Source of the DNA: Mobula hypostoma
Lineage: Eukaryota
Direction: 5' to 3'
Length of the DNA: 64,000 bases
NCBI RefSeq assembly: GCF_963921235.1
Contig: NC_086097.1
Location: 185,630,001 to 185,694,000 of the forward strand
Positions 36,491 to 49,148 of this stretch are shown in pieces; position 1 is the first letter of the stretch; every line of letters begins with the position of its first letter. Below the pieces are notes generated by a model. The model saw only the letters and a list, made by a program, of their open reading frames with translations, made no database searches and was not told the origin of the DNA. The translations under genes and the position numbers were made by a program.

Positions 36491-36849
36491 TCTTTTTCAA
36501 AACAAACTGGTAAAACTCAGTTTTGCATTGTGCTATTGGGTCGTCTGGGAATGGAGTAGAATTGTCAGCATTAGATCTTCTAGCGAGTGTTTTCAATTCT
36601 TATTGCAGTTCTCACTGATACAGATTTTCAACAAGAGAACTCCTACGTATGTCTAATTTGCTAGTATCCATTGATTTGGTATTCCAGAAAAATCTTTTTG
36701 TTTTCCCAGTACTAACTTCTGTATTATGTACTTGGCACATAATAATGTGAACAAACCAAGTTAGATTCTGAGTTGTAGCATGATGTTTTAAGTAGTTGTT
36801 GAAGAAACTTATTCTTTCTAAATTAAAGCTGTGTTCCTTTTTCCCCCAG

Positions 36850-36956
36850 CCAATCAAAAACCCTCCAGCAGGAAAGAAGTACGTACGATGTCCATGTAAT
36901 TGTCTCCTTATTTGCAAGGACACATCACGACGTATAGGATGTCCAAGACCTAACTG
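36850..36956 (+). CDS. pip4p2: pip4p2 coding exon 3 (107 nt), contains the CX5R motif CKDTSRR
   Basis: Acceptor ttttcccccag, donor gttggt. [35 protein letters not shown](C). Confidence 0.97.
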
Positions 36957-39854
36957 GTTGGTATTAAGTTGCTGAATTCTAGGTTTTAGGGCTTCAGTAG
37001 CTATTCCTAAATTTAAAATTTTCTGAAATCTTAAAACATGTTTATGAGCAAGAAGGAACATATGTGAAGTTATTTTACTGAAACTTAAAGATAATGAGAA
37101 AAGTATTTTGAAATAAAGCAATAATGTTTTGTTTGTTATCATTACAATAAAATTGCGATTTACTTATCGGACCTGGTGATGAAAAAATAATGAAATATGT
37201 GTAGGTAAAATGTCAAAGTTATGTGGATAGTTCTTGGCAGGACTCAGATTTTGAGAGCACAATGATTTCTATTTTACTGCTGTCATACACAATAGCAGTG
37301 CCATTGAAAATTAGCTTTCGGATGGGGGAAAATTTAAGTTAACAAACTTAAATTAGCATGAGTTAGTGTGCAACTCATGAGGCCACGCTACAGGTATATA
37401 GAATTCTCAAAGGAATCTGCACTTGATAGTTATCCTTAAACCTCTGCCTTGGTGGATCTATCACTCCCACTAAACCCTTCACTCCCCACCCACAACCCCT
37501 CCCATCCTTGCCACTGAGGCCTGATTTAACCCTCACGGGAGTACTTTGTCTTGGTAATTTGTTAGTTCCAGAATTTTTTGCATTGTTAATTATACTTTAT
37601 CATCTCCAAAATTTGTCACTTTTAGATAATTTGCTGCTTTTCACTTGTGTTCCTTTTTTGCTGCCAGTTAAGGAGCGCTGTACAAATAGCTTGAATTGAG
37701 AGTTCCTTGGAAATTTCCAGAGTCTGCATAATTGAGATTAAATAACACAGATTCATGACGTTTGGAACAAATCCAGATGGATTAAAAATTAACTGTTGTA
37801 GAAATGGACAGTAGTGAATCAGAATTCAGGAAATGCACTGTTTTCTTCTGATTTAACAGATCACTGGTCTTCACAGCTGGTCCACAGATCATTTTATTTT
37901 TATCTGTAGATCCATCAAAATGTAATAATCAAAGATCTGCTATATTACATTGTTTTGCTTTCCCCAATGTCTGAAAGTGGCATTTGGTGTAAAGGTAAGT
38001 GTGTGTGCTATCACAAGGGGATGCCTGTCACATCTGTAGTATATCCCTGTATCAAGCAAGTGACAAATGCTTTGTCTATAGCAGGCAACAGTCTCTTCAT
38101 TTTCTTAAAAGAAGTTGGATAAAATTAAAATCACTAACCTTCAAAGGGAAAGGAATTGCATTGTATTTATACTGAAAAATATCTGACTACAGCACTATCA
38201 TTATACGTCTCCCCACATTAAGAAAAGGGACACTTCCTGAATTTCAATGATTCCAGTGAAAAACAGGGCATTAGTAGGACAGTGTTAGATAGAAACCTAT
38301 CCATCTGTGTTTCCATTGTCATCAGCTTTACCAGTGTAAAATACCATCAAGGACAGCATGAAAATGCTTTTTTAGTGTGCTGTGAAAGGTGGCTAATGCC
38401 ACATATTTAAAAAGAAAAGATTGCTGTGAAAGTTTAGCATGGTAACATCCTTATTTTCTCTTCTTGGACAGTTGTATCTCTGGCCAAGGATCAATCTAAC
38501 TGGAATTTCAACCCAAGCTCTGGTAAAGTTATGCAAACAGGGAGAAAATCAGTTTTTTAACTAACTTGGCAGTGTGCACAATGGCATAATGTGATCATTG
38601 CCCATTCTATTAGTGGTAATTCCTTCTGACAAGTACCCTTAAAACAGCCTTTGTTTCTCTTACAAACATGCTGTGCTTTATCGTATTGCCTTGGATTCAG
38701 ACCATGCTAACTCATCAGCCATGGTGTCCAATTACCTATGCTGGCATGTTCTGAATATGAAAAGCCAACCAAGCTCTCTATCCATATCTGAGAATCATCC
38801 CACAAAATGCCAGAGATTCTGAGATGCTGGGTCCAGAATACCCTGACGGTAATGCTTGTGAAATGTCCAGGATTGCAACATCTGTAGTCTCTCTTGTCTC
38901 CAAGAAATAGTAACTGATTTTATCATGCCATTCATATGTGGGTTTATAAAATGGGCAATTGTTCAATTTCATTGCCACCAGCATTTGATACTTTTGGCCA
39001 AATAACTATATAGTTCATCCTTTCCATTATAAATGCTCAGTTTACTGTTCACAGTATTTATAATGACTCTTCCCCTGTGCTTTAATCTATTGTTGTCTTA
39101 CTGCATCAGAAGTTTCTTTCAATAGCATGGAGCTTGCATTATACTCTAAAGCATTAAATGAGTGAAGAATTCTACATTCTATTTGTATGTCATAGCACAT
39201 TTTATCATTCAGCTTTCATTCTTAACCTTTCCCCAATTATTACTATATCATAAATTTGGGCTGTTGCATGTAGCTGTCACTCAGATGGCTTAATTCAATT
39301 TTAGTAAACTCTTCAACAGTTTAGATAAATTGTTCAGGCCAACTGTCTCGATGGATGAACTTTTAAAAATGATTAATAAAGCAATGACTTTTTCTAAATT
39401 TCAGTAGTGTTACAGCACTAAAATGGCTATACCAGCGGAGTAATTTCCAATTTAATTGTGTGACCATGCAGCTTGGCTATTTTAGCTAGTGTCTTGTGCC
39501 ATTCAACGAATGGAATAGATAGCAGTAAAGTGAAAAGAAAACACATATTTCATATGATGGATGATGAGGAGAAGCAGGATGATGATAAACAGGATACTGA
39601 AGTGAACTTGGACTTGACCTACTCACCAGTTTGTGCCAAGTTTGTATTTGTTTGTACTTGATCTCCTCCCTATGCTCATATTCATCTCATATATCTGATT
39701 ACCTGACTGGTAAGCTTTTACTATGAGCCTTTTGTAGGCTGTTTTAGCACCCCCCCCCCCTTCATTTCTTCTCTCTTCTTTATCCATTGCTATGTTTCTC
39801 CTGATCATATGTTGTTTAATTCCGTTGCTGTATTGGATGTTTTATTAACAATTA

Positions 39855-40664
39855 CACTGGACAACATAGAGTTTGCTCTTGAATACTTTTGGATGTATGT
39901 TATGGATTTTGGGCTGCTGATCACGAAAATCAGCATGAAATTTCCCTATCACTCACCATTTTTTGAAATTGCCTATATTTGTTATTTCAATTCATAATTC
40001 AAGTCAGAATAAGTGATACTGAAATTAAAGAAGGCATTTTTTGTTAGTCCACAAATCATACAGGTTATCAAAGACAGGCGATTCAAAGAATTTATTGTGG
40101 GACTGGAGGAAATTTCATTGAAGGCATCGAAGGGTGGTGTTGAAATTTTTCTTGGCAACTACAAAGCACCAAACTACGTGCAGCTGGTTAACAACATGCT
40201 TCAAGCATACAAAATCGCAAACTGCAACATGTCACTAAAGATTCATTTTCTAAATTCCGATTTAGACTTTTTCCCTGTAAATCTTGAAGTGATTAGTGAC
40301 GAGCATGGTGAAGATTTCACTAGGATATTGTGGTCATGGAGAAATGGTATCAGAGCAATTGGAATCCACCAATGCTGGCTGATTATTGTTGGACACTTAA
40401 GCGAGAAGCCTCAGACACTGAGTACAAATGAAAATCAAGAAAGCATTTTTAGCTTAGTTTAACTATTGGAAAGCATCAGCACCATTATGCAATTAAATGC
40501 ATTCTATTCAATAAAAGTTAATTTCTTGTTTCTCCGAATTCCTACGTGATACAAGTAGTCTGAAATTACATTTGTGAAAACAATATTTGTGTTCAAGCGG
40601 TCTATCAAACAAAATAAAGTTTCTGAGGAAGCAACACTTTTGGAAAAAAAATTGTTGTCCAGTG
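39855..40664 (+). mobile_element. Chapaev3-type (CMC) DNA transposon, internally deleted (810 bp)
   Basis: 12-bp TIR cactggacaaca/tgttgtccagtg; 3-bp TSD TTA on both sides; transposase C-terminus FLGNYKAPNY...CNMSLKIHFL.S.LDFFP.NL..ISDEHGE. Confidence 0.88.
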
Positions 40665-40889
40665 TTATCAGTCATAATGTGTGAGTGCAAAGCCCTGTGG
40701 CTTAAGGATATGGGGAAGTGTGATAAGCTGTTCACTCTTTTCTACTTGACAGAAATATTATGGAAAAGCTTCTGTTTGTAAGAATTGAACTTCAAGGTGC
40801 TAACAGGACTTTCAAGAGTTGCAGAGATAGTGCAAATTGCATTTGTGTAGAGTGTACTCTAATGACAATGAGCAACAGACTATAGTCAA

Positions 40890-43010
40890 GAGGAAGCTGG
40901 TACACCAACGCTTCTATGTGGGCAATGAGACGATTCCAACAGTCTTCGAGAAGCCTGTGAAGAGCCTTGGTTGGTGGTATAACGCATCCCTCAAAGGCAC
41001 AGAGCGGGTAGATCAGCTCAGGAAGGATGCCGTCATTGGCCTCAAGAGCGTTGACAGAACCACACTTCCTGGAAAGTTGAAGCTCTGGTGTAGACAATCT
41101 GGGCTCCTTCCACGCCTCGTGTGGCCACTAACCCTGTATGAAGTTCCAGTCTCGAAGGTGGAAAAGCTGGAGAGACTGATCAGCTCATACATAAGGAAGC
41201 AGCTTGGTCTTCCCAGGTGCCTCAGCAGCATAGGGCTTTATGGCAAGGGAGTCCTAGAGCTACCTGTTTCCAGTCTTTCAGAGGAGTACAAGTGTGCCTA
41301 AGTAAGACTGGAAATGATGTTAACAGAGGCGAGTGATCCATTTGTAGCACAAGCTGCCCACATAGAAACATAGAAAATAGGTGCAGGAGTAGGCCATTCG
41401 GCCCTTCGAGCCTGCACCGCCATTCAGTATGATCATGGCTGATCATCCAACTCAGAACCCTGTACCTGCCTTCTTCCATACTCCCGATCCCTTTAGCCAC
41501 AAGGGCCATATCTAACTCCCTCTTAAATATAGCCAATGAACTGGCCTCAACTGTTTCCTGTGGCAGAGAATTCCACAGATTCACCACCCTCTGTGTGAAG
41601 AAGTTTTTCCTCATCTTGGTCCTAAAAGGCTTCCCCTTTATTCTCAAACTGTGACCCCTCGTTCTGGACTTCCCCAACATCGGGAACAATCTTCCTACAT
41701 CTAGCCTGTCCAATCCCTTTGGAATTTTATACATCTTGGATAGTGAGAGGAAATGGACTCCATCAGAAGCAACCAAGCAAGCAAAGGCGGCTCTCAAGCA
41801 CAGGGACATGGTGGGCTGAGTGCAGCAAGGGTGAAGTGGTCTTGCCCTTGGGGACAGTACACCAGCCTGGAACAAGGTTGCTGCGTCTCAGAGACGCAGG
41901 CTCGTGACGCAGGAGATATGTCGGCAGGAGGAGGCAGCAACATGCGCAAAGGCCGTCGCTCAGGCAAGGCAAGGGCAATGGATGAGATGGGAGGGAGTGG
42001 AGAAAAGAAAGATCTCCTGGAAAGAGCTGTGGGAGATGGGGACATTCACAGCAAGCTTCACCATCAGGGCTGCCTACAATGTCTTGCCGTCTCCCATGAA
42101 TCTCAGCCAGTGGTATGGAGAGGACCCCAGGTGCTCCCTCTGCCCAACTTCAGCAACACTAAAACACATTCTGGTGGGCTGCAGGACCAGCCTTACTCAA
42201 GGCCGATACACCTGGCAGCACAACCAGGTGCTACTGTGTCTTGCAGCAGTGCTGGAAAGTCAGCGGATGAGCATCAACGCTCTCCTTCCCCCTTCATCCC
42301 GCTGGCCGTTAACAGCATTTGTCCGGAAAGGTGAGGGTCAAGCCAGACTTGATACATCGAGACCAGACACCGGACGGCTAGGTGGGGCACGTGATTGGAA
42401 GATGGTGGCAGACTTAGGCCAGATGCTCTGCTGCCCAACTGAAATTGCAGAAACCAACCTCAGACCAGACCTTGTGCTATGGTCGGCCTCACTCTTCTCG
42501 TTTACATCATCGAGCTTACAGTGCCCTGGGAGGATGCAGTGGAGGAGGCCTACGAGTGCAAGAAGCTGAGGTATGCTGAGCTTGTAGGCGATGCGCAACA
42601 ACGTGGCTGGAAAGCAAGGGACGACCGGTCGAAGTAGGCTGCAGAGGATTTGTAGCCACATCAACATCAAGGCTACTCCAGGAGTCGGGAGTGTGAGGAA
42701 AGACACAACAATTAGCAGTCAAAGACCTCTCCGGAGATGCTGAAAAGGGTAGTCAGTTGCTCTGGATGAAGAGAAAGGGTTCTATCTGGACCCCCAAGTG
42801 AGTGAAAGGCATCTAGAGGGTGAGCCCGGGACACCGGGATTCACTGCTGAACCCTCCAGAGGTGTCGTGGGCCTATCAACGAAACACTGAGGAAGGAGGG
42901 TGCCCACTTGATAACCCAGAAAATGCCATCACTCACTTGGCCACCCCACAGAGTCTAGGCAGCATGTCCCAGGAGTGCAAATAAGGGATATTAACATCTA
43001 CTCCTGCATA
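40890..43010 (+). mobile_element. HERO-clade non-LTR retrotransposon (RLE endonuclease), 5'-truncated
   Basis: EKPVKSLG, LPGKLKLW, LLPRLVWPL, QGQWMRW, CSLC..TLKHILVGC..GRYTWQHNQVL, RPDLVLWS..IELTVPWE, PVEVGCRGF; stop at 42799-42801. Confidence 0.9.
41361..41733 (-). mobile_element. young 5'-truncated CR1 inserted in HERO
   Basis: Intact YKIPKGLDRLD..LFP..SRTRGHSLRI..FFTQRVVNLWNSLP; (TTTCTATG)n tail; probable acat TSD. Confidence 0.92.
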
Positions 43011-43168
43011 ACATACATGCATATTTATTTAGCTGTACAATGTCAGGGCTGATGAACAAGGAACTGACTTTAGTCAGTTACTAGACACACAAGAATAAAT
43101 GTAAAGAATTCTAGAATTACTTTCAAAAATGATTCATAGATAACTAATGTAGCACTTGTTCCCTACAG

Positions 43169-43292
43169 CAGACGCATAATTAATTTGGGGCCAGTGATGT
43201 TGATCCCAGAGGAGCAGCCTGCCCAGCCTGCTGTGCCAATCCAACCTGAAGGTACACGTGTGGTGTGTGGACATTGTGGGAATACTTTCCTG
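43169..43292 (+). CDS. pip4p2: pip4p2 coding exon 4 (124 nt)
   Basis: Acceptor gttccctacag, donor gtatgt. [41 protein letters not shown]; phase matches exon 3. Confidence 0.97.
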
Positions 43293-43899
43293 GTATGTAT
43301 GGAGGTACTATGGGAAGAATTAGAGATCGGATAATGATGAATAAATTGTAACAACTTTTACTTATGGCGCTTTTGACTTGCAAAACTTTCCCAAGCACTT
43401 CTCAAGAGTGCATTCAAACAGATGCTGAGTCTTTTGAGATATTAGGGCTAATGATTAAGATCATGGAAAAAGAAGTTAAGTTATTTGGAGCATTTTATGG
43501 GAGAAAATGCAGTTGAGAAGTGTGGAGATTTAAAGAATAAATTTCCAGGGGTTGGAGGTTTGGCAGTTGAAGGCACAACTGCCAATGAGATCATAGGATA
43601 AACGTGCAAGGAAAAAACAGACAGTGTTTAAGAATTATCAATTGTATTTTCTGCAGGTGAAGTGCACTGTTAGATGGTGAGAGCATCATATCATACCCAT
43701 TCAAAGGCTGATATTAGAAAATATGCAAAAGCATTATCATTATAATAGTAATGGTGGAACTACTTAAACAGTGAAACACACCAGCCTATTGACTCATCAT
43801 CAGAATCAGGGTGTGTACTTCAAGGCAGTTTAGATTAGTAATGGCCTCCTTGGGTACATTATAAAGGAAAAAAGTGATGGATTGAAACCAAATGTCATA

Positions 43900-44240
43900 G
43901 TGGTGCAGAAAGTCACGTGGTTCCCCCATAAATGCCAGAAAACTGGCTTAAATCCTGATCTCATATGCTGTCTTTGAAGTTTGCATATTCTCCCTGTGAC
44001 TACATGGATTCACTGTAGGTCTTTGGTATCATCTCACACCCCAAAAATGTATGGATTACTTGGTTCCAAGGCTACTGTATATTGCCTGTAGTGTGTAGTT
44101 AAGTGGTAGAATCTAGAAGGAGTTGATGAGAATGTGGGGAAAATAAATTATGGGATTATTGTAGGATTGGTGCCATTGGATGGTTGATGGTCAGTGTTAC
44201 TCAATGGGCTGAAAAGCCTGTCACCATGCTATATCTCTCT
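43900..44240 (+). mobile_element. HE1-like SINE, decayed
   Basis: gtttgcatattctccctgtgac core and a CR1-derived tail. Confidence 0.6.
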
Positions 44241-44384
44241 CACCCCACAAAATGGGTCAGATACATGGACAGAACCTGAACAGTTAACTTGTATATTATG
44301 TTATGAAGCACAATGCAAAGAAAAATTATATGTCATACCAAAGAAGTTGGGCGTGCTGCAGAACGCCCGATAAGAAATACCAGA

Positions 44385-44780
44385 AGCCACTATGACAAAT
44401 GAGTTAATTGAGAGTAACATCAGAATGGAGAAGAAATGTGATCTAAGTGACTTTGACTTTGGAATGATTGTTGGTGCCAGATGGGGTAATTTGAGTATCT
44501 CAGAAACTGCTGATCTCCTGGGATTTTCATCCCAACAGTCTCTGGAGTTTACATTGAATCGTGCAAGAAACAGAAAATGTCCAATTCATGTCTGTGGGAG
44601 ACAATGCCTTATTAATGAGAGATGTCAGAGAATGACCAGACTTGTTCAAGCTGACAGAAAGGTGACTGTAACTCAAATAACCACTCACTATAACATCTCT
44701 GAATGTACAACACATTGAACCTTGAAGTGGATGGGCTACAGCAACAGAAGACCACATCTGGTTAAATTCCTGTACCTAAT
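44385..44780 (+). mobile_element. Tc1-like transposase N-terminal remnant
   Basis: MEKKCDLSDFDFGMIVGARW..LSISETADLLGFS...RLVQADRKVTVTQIT. Confidence 0.85.
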
Positions 44781-45426
44781 ACCTTAATCTTATTCTAATC
44801 ATAGTCTTTCACATCTCAATCAACTCTCATAATTCTCTCAACACATACCTCCACTCATCTACATGAAGAACAATTTACAATAGCCAGCCAACCAACTAGC
44901 ATGTCTTTGGCATGTAGGATGACATTGGAGGGAAAATTGTGGTCACAGGGATTAATTAGATCACACTTTCAAGGAACCAGTTTGGTATAATAGGCTGTAT
45001 GGTTATCTTCTGTGCTGTATCACTGACTCCATAATTCTGAAAAATAATTATAGAATTTATGAGACTGTATCTGTCCCTGCCATAGTCATTTTATAGGTAA
45101 GCATCTGGCTTAATAAAAACTCACAGTTGACTTTTGTGTATCATTATGGAATATTTCCTCATATTTGTGTGGATTGGCTCAAGACCTCTCTGTGAATTAT
45201 CAGTCACCACAATCACCAGTTTTTAAGTGACTTAAGCCATTTTTATTCCTCATGGGGAATTTTATGGATGTCCATATCAAACATTGTTAAGTTGCACTTG
45301 AAATGTATCATTAATAACTTTCCCTTACAAGGGAATGAAGGAAGAAAAGAGTTCTATGTTTTAAAAAAACAGAATGTTCTTTGACCTTTTAAAAAAATTA
45401 TTAAATCAATGTTTGTTTATTTACAG

Positions 45427-45479
45427 TGGATGGAAGTTAGATTCAACACACTGGCAAAATGCCCACACTGCAAAAGAAT
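45427..45479 (+). CDS. pip4p2: pip4p2 coding exon 5 (53 nt)
   Basis: Acceptor tttatttacag, donor gtaagt. WMEVRFNTLAKCPHCKR(I). Confidence 0.96.
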
Positions 45480-46009
45480 GTAAGTTCAGTTCATTTCTGA
45501 GAGATTCTAATGTTATCATATCAGCTGGTTTTGCTTGCTTTTTAAGTGAATGGCTAGGATTTTAGTGAATGGGATCTGCCATCTGCACTTATTACTGGAG
45601 TACACAATCTGGTTGGATCTGCATGGCTGGACTGCTGGCTGAGAGCATCCTAGACCTGACTGATTAGAACCATTCATAGTCATGTTGTTGAGCCAGAACA
45701 AGCCTGGCCCTTGGATCTGTCATGAAACTTATTGAAAGCCTCTGGATATTCAGGTCAACTATTTTAAAAACTAAAAATAGTTTTTAAATATTAAAAACTT
45801 AAAATTTAAAAAAATTGAAATACTTTATTAACATTTTAAGTGAGGAAAATCACCAATGTACACTAAAGTCTTGCATAAATCTATTACAAGCAACACAAAT
45901 AATTGAAGTACCTACAGTATATTGTTGTCTTCATTGATATGAATGGTCTCATGCAAATGTTGAATAATCTTGGCTCAGAACACAGAACACATTTTGATAA
46001 CTGTCAGAA

Positions 46010-47100
46010 TCATATCTATTATCACTGACATATGACATGAAATTTGTTTTGCAGCAGTAGCACAGTGCAAAGATGTAAAAGCCTATAAATTACAAAAAAC
46101 AATGCAAAAATGTAATAGCCAGGTAGTGTTCATGTGTTCATTTAGCATTCAGAAATTTGATGGCAGAGGGGAAAGAAGCGGTTTAAATCATTATGTGGGT
46201 CTTCATGCTCCTGTACTTTCTCCCTAATAATAACAGTAAGAAGGCATGTTCCAGGTGGTCATAGTCTTTAATGACAGATGCTACTTTATTGAGGCACTGC
46301 CTCTTGAAGGTGCCCTCAGTGGTGGGGAGGTTTGTGCCCATACTGGAGCTGACTGAGTATATAATGCTCTAGCCTCATGTAATTCTGTGCATTGGAGGTG
46401 TCATACAGGCTGTACGGCAACCAGTCAAAATGCTCTCCACAGTACATTTATAGAAATTGGTAAGAGTCTTGGGTGACAAATAGTCATAGTCATACTTTAT
46501 TGATCCCAGGGGGAAATTGGTTTTTGTTATAGGTGCACCATAAGTAATAAATAGTAATAGAACCATAAGTAGTTGAATAGTAATATGTGAATTATGCCAG
46601 TAAATTATGAAATAAGTCCAGGACCAGCCTATCGGCACAGGGTGTCTGACCCTCCAAGGGAGGAGTTGTAAAGTTTGATGGCCACAGGCAGGAATGACTT
46701 CCTACGACACTCTGTGCTGCATCTTGGAGGAATGAGCCTCTGGCTGAATGTACTCCTGTGCCCACCCAGTACATTATGTAGTGGATGGGAGACATTGACC
46801 AAGATGGCATGCGACTTAGCATCCTAATCAAATCTCAAATACCTGACAATGCTCAGCCATTGGCATGCCTTCCTCATCAGTGCATCAGTGTGTGCGTCCA
46901 GGGCAGATCCTCTGAGATGTTGATATCCAGGAACTTGAAACTGCTCATCCTTTCCCATGCTGATCTTCAATGAAGATTGCTGTGTGTTCTCTTGCCTTTC
47001 CTGGTCATTGGCCTTGTTGACATGAGTGTAAGGTTGTTGCAGAACCACTTTATCAGCTGATCTGTCTTGCTCCAATAAACTTTCTCATCACCATGGGACA
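46010..47100 (-). mobile_element. Rex1-like fragment with a nested LINE 3' end (46481-46812)
   Basis: PKTLTNFYKCTVESILTGC is interrupted by the (GACTAT)n-tailed element also seen at 3681. Confidence 0.75.
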
Positions 47101-48739
47101 TCGCCATCACCATGGGAATTAGGACCTATCAAGTCCAGCACATGCTTGATAAAGTTTTACTATATCTACCATTTTATGTTCTTTTCCAAAAAAATTACAT
47201 TGGCAACAAATGTTTTCAAAAATACTGAAAGGTGTTTCTTAATGTAAGGAATTTTGTTTGCCGGCTAAATAAATCAAAGAATCTGATTTTCTACTCATTT
47301 AAAAATCAGTTATACAAATATTTTTTCAAGTCAGCTGTGGCATGACCAATTTTCAATTTTTAAAACTGATCCCTGAATGTTTTTATTTGTAAAGGCCTGA
47401 GTGTTTTTGATTTTTACATGCAGAGGTGATCACAGTTTGATGAAATGAAATCTTGCTGAATAAAATATATTTTGAACATTAAAAGCCAATGTAACATTTT
47501 TGTCATGGGTGTCAATGATTTGGCTGCCATCTGTGCACTGTTTCCTATTTCAATGTGCTGTTGTTGATACACTATTGAAATGTCTTTTTTTCTAGTCTCA
47601 CTGTACAATGTTCACAGTAATGGTATATTTGAGTGATAGAAAGCTGGGAATTTTAAGCAAAATAGTTACATGCAGAACATGGTGAAAAATACTAAAATTC
47701 TAAACTTTGCCCATCTGTTTTTTAGTTTTGGGAAACCTGGTAGCAAAATTAAGGTCAACTTTTGGAAGAAGTTAGTGTTTAACAACGTTGGTTGTAGGCA
47801 AGGGCTTGGACAATTTCCTTCATAAGATTTCTCCAATCCTTCCCTATATTAAGGATACACAAATCTAAGAAGTAAAGGCTGTGGATTGGATCTGCTTGTT
47901 CCTGTAGCTTATCTGGAGAGAGTACCCTACCTATCTGGAAGCCAGATTTGTCAGTCTAGTTGTTTTGGGTGGGTGTGTCTGTGTGGGGGGGGGGGAGGGG
48001 GGAGGGGGAACTGTCATGACCAAAAGATTGACAATGCGGAATTGCATATATGAAAAATATTGAAATGTGAAGGCTCCACTTAGATAAGCAGAGACACTTC
48101 ATTAGACCAAGTTGCCATTCAATCATGTGCTCCCATGGATTATTTTACCACAGGAACTGTGTAAGCCTGGTTAGCTCCCTTCTGTAGGATATGTACTCAA
48201 CTGCATCTGTTGCCACAGCACAGGTACTGTATGTAACATTGAGACTGCAGGCTAAGCAAGCTGTAATGAAAAGGGTGACCTAGAATGGTATAGCATTCAA
48301 CTTATGCAACTTAACCAGCTATCAAATATCAACGAGACATGTGCTTGACCTTAAATAAATAATATGACATCTGTGTTACTAACGGAGTTTTCTACATTTT
48401 TTTTTGTTTTGAGATTCAGGCATTTTTGGCACAGTTAGCATTTATTGTCCTTCTAGAATTGTTTTTAAGAAATTGGTGGTTATCCACTTTTATGAACTGC
48501 TGCATTAACAACTAGAGATGGTACTCTCACAATGTTGTTGGGTAGAAAGTACTAATATCTAGACCCAGTGATAATGTAGGAATGCAGGTAAATTTTCCAA
48601 GTCAAGAGAGTGTGTATAAATGGTGGTGTTCCCAGGCCCTTTTGCTCATTTCTTCCTTGATGGTAAAGGTGGTGGGTTTTGGAAGTGCAGTTGGTGTAGC
48701 CTCAGAACTTCAGTGCATTTTATGAGGAACATCTGGCAG

Positions 48740-49148
48740 CTCTTGGGTTGTATTCCCTGGAGTTCAGGAGAATGAGGGCGGATCTCATTAAAACATTCCA
48801 CATGTTAAAAGGCCTGAACAAAGTTGTATCCCATGGTAGAGGATTCTTGGACAAGAGAGCACGACTTCAGGATTGAAAGACATCCATTTAGAACAGAGAT
48901 GCAGAGAAATTACTTTAGTCAGAGGGTGGTAAATCTGTGAAATTTGTTGCCACAAATGGCTGTGGAGGCCAAGTCATTGGGTGTATTTAAGGCAGAGATA
49001 GATGGGTTCTTGATTAGCCAGGGCATCAAAGGATATGGGGAGAAGGCAGGGGAGTGGGGATGACTGGAAGAATTGGATCAGCCCATGACTGAATGGCGGA
49101 GCAGACTCGATGGGCCAAATGACCTACTTCTGCTCCTGATGGTCTTAT
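48740..49148 (+). mobile_element. CR1 3' end nested in an older LINE remnant
   Basis: LGLYSLEFRRMR.DL, ttagtcagagggtggtaaatctgtg and a CR1 tail. Confidence 0.8.

Noticed and set aside
36612..37142. 176-aa minus-strand ORF, and other short ORFs overlapping exons
   Set aside because: Antisense shadows of pip4p2 exons or AT-rich intron sequence, with no recognisable domain.
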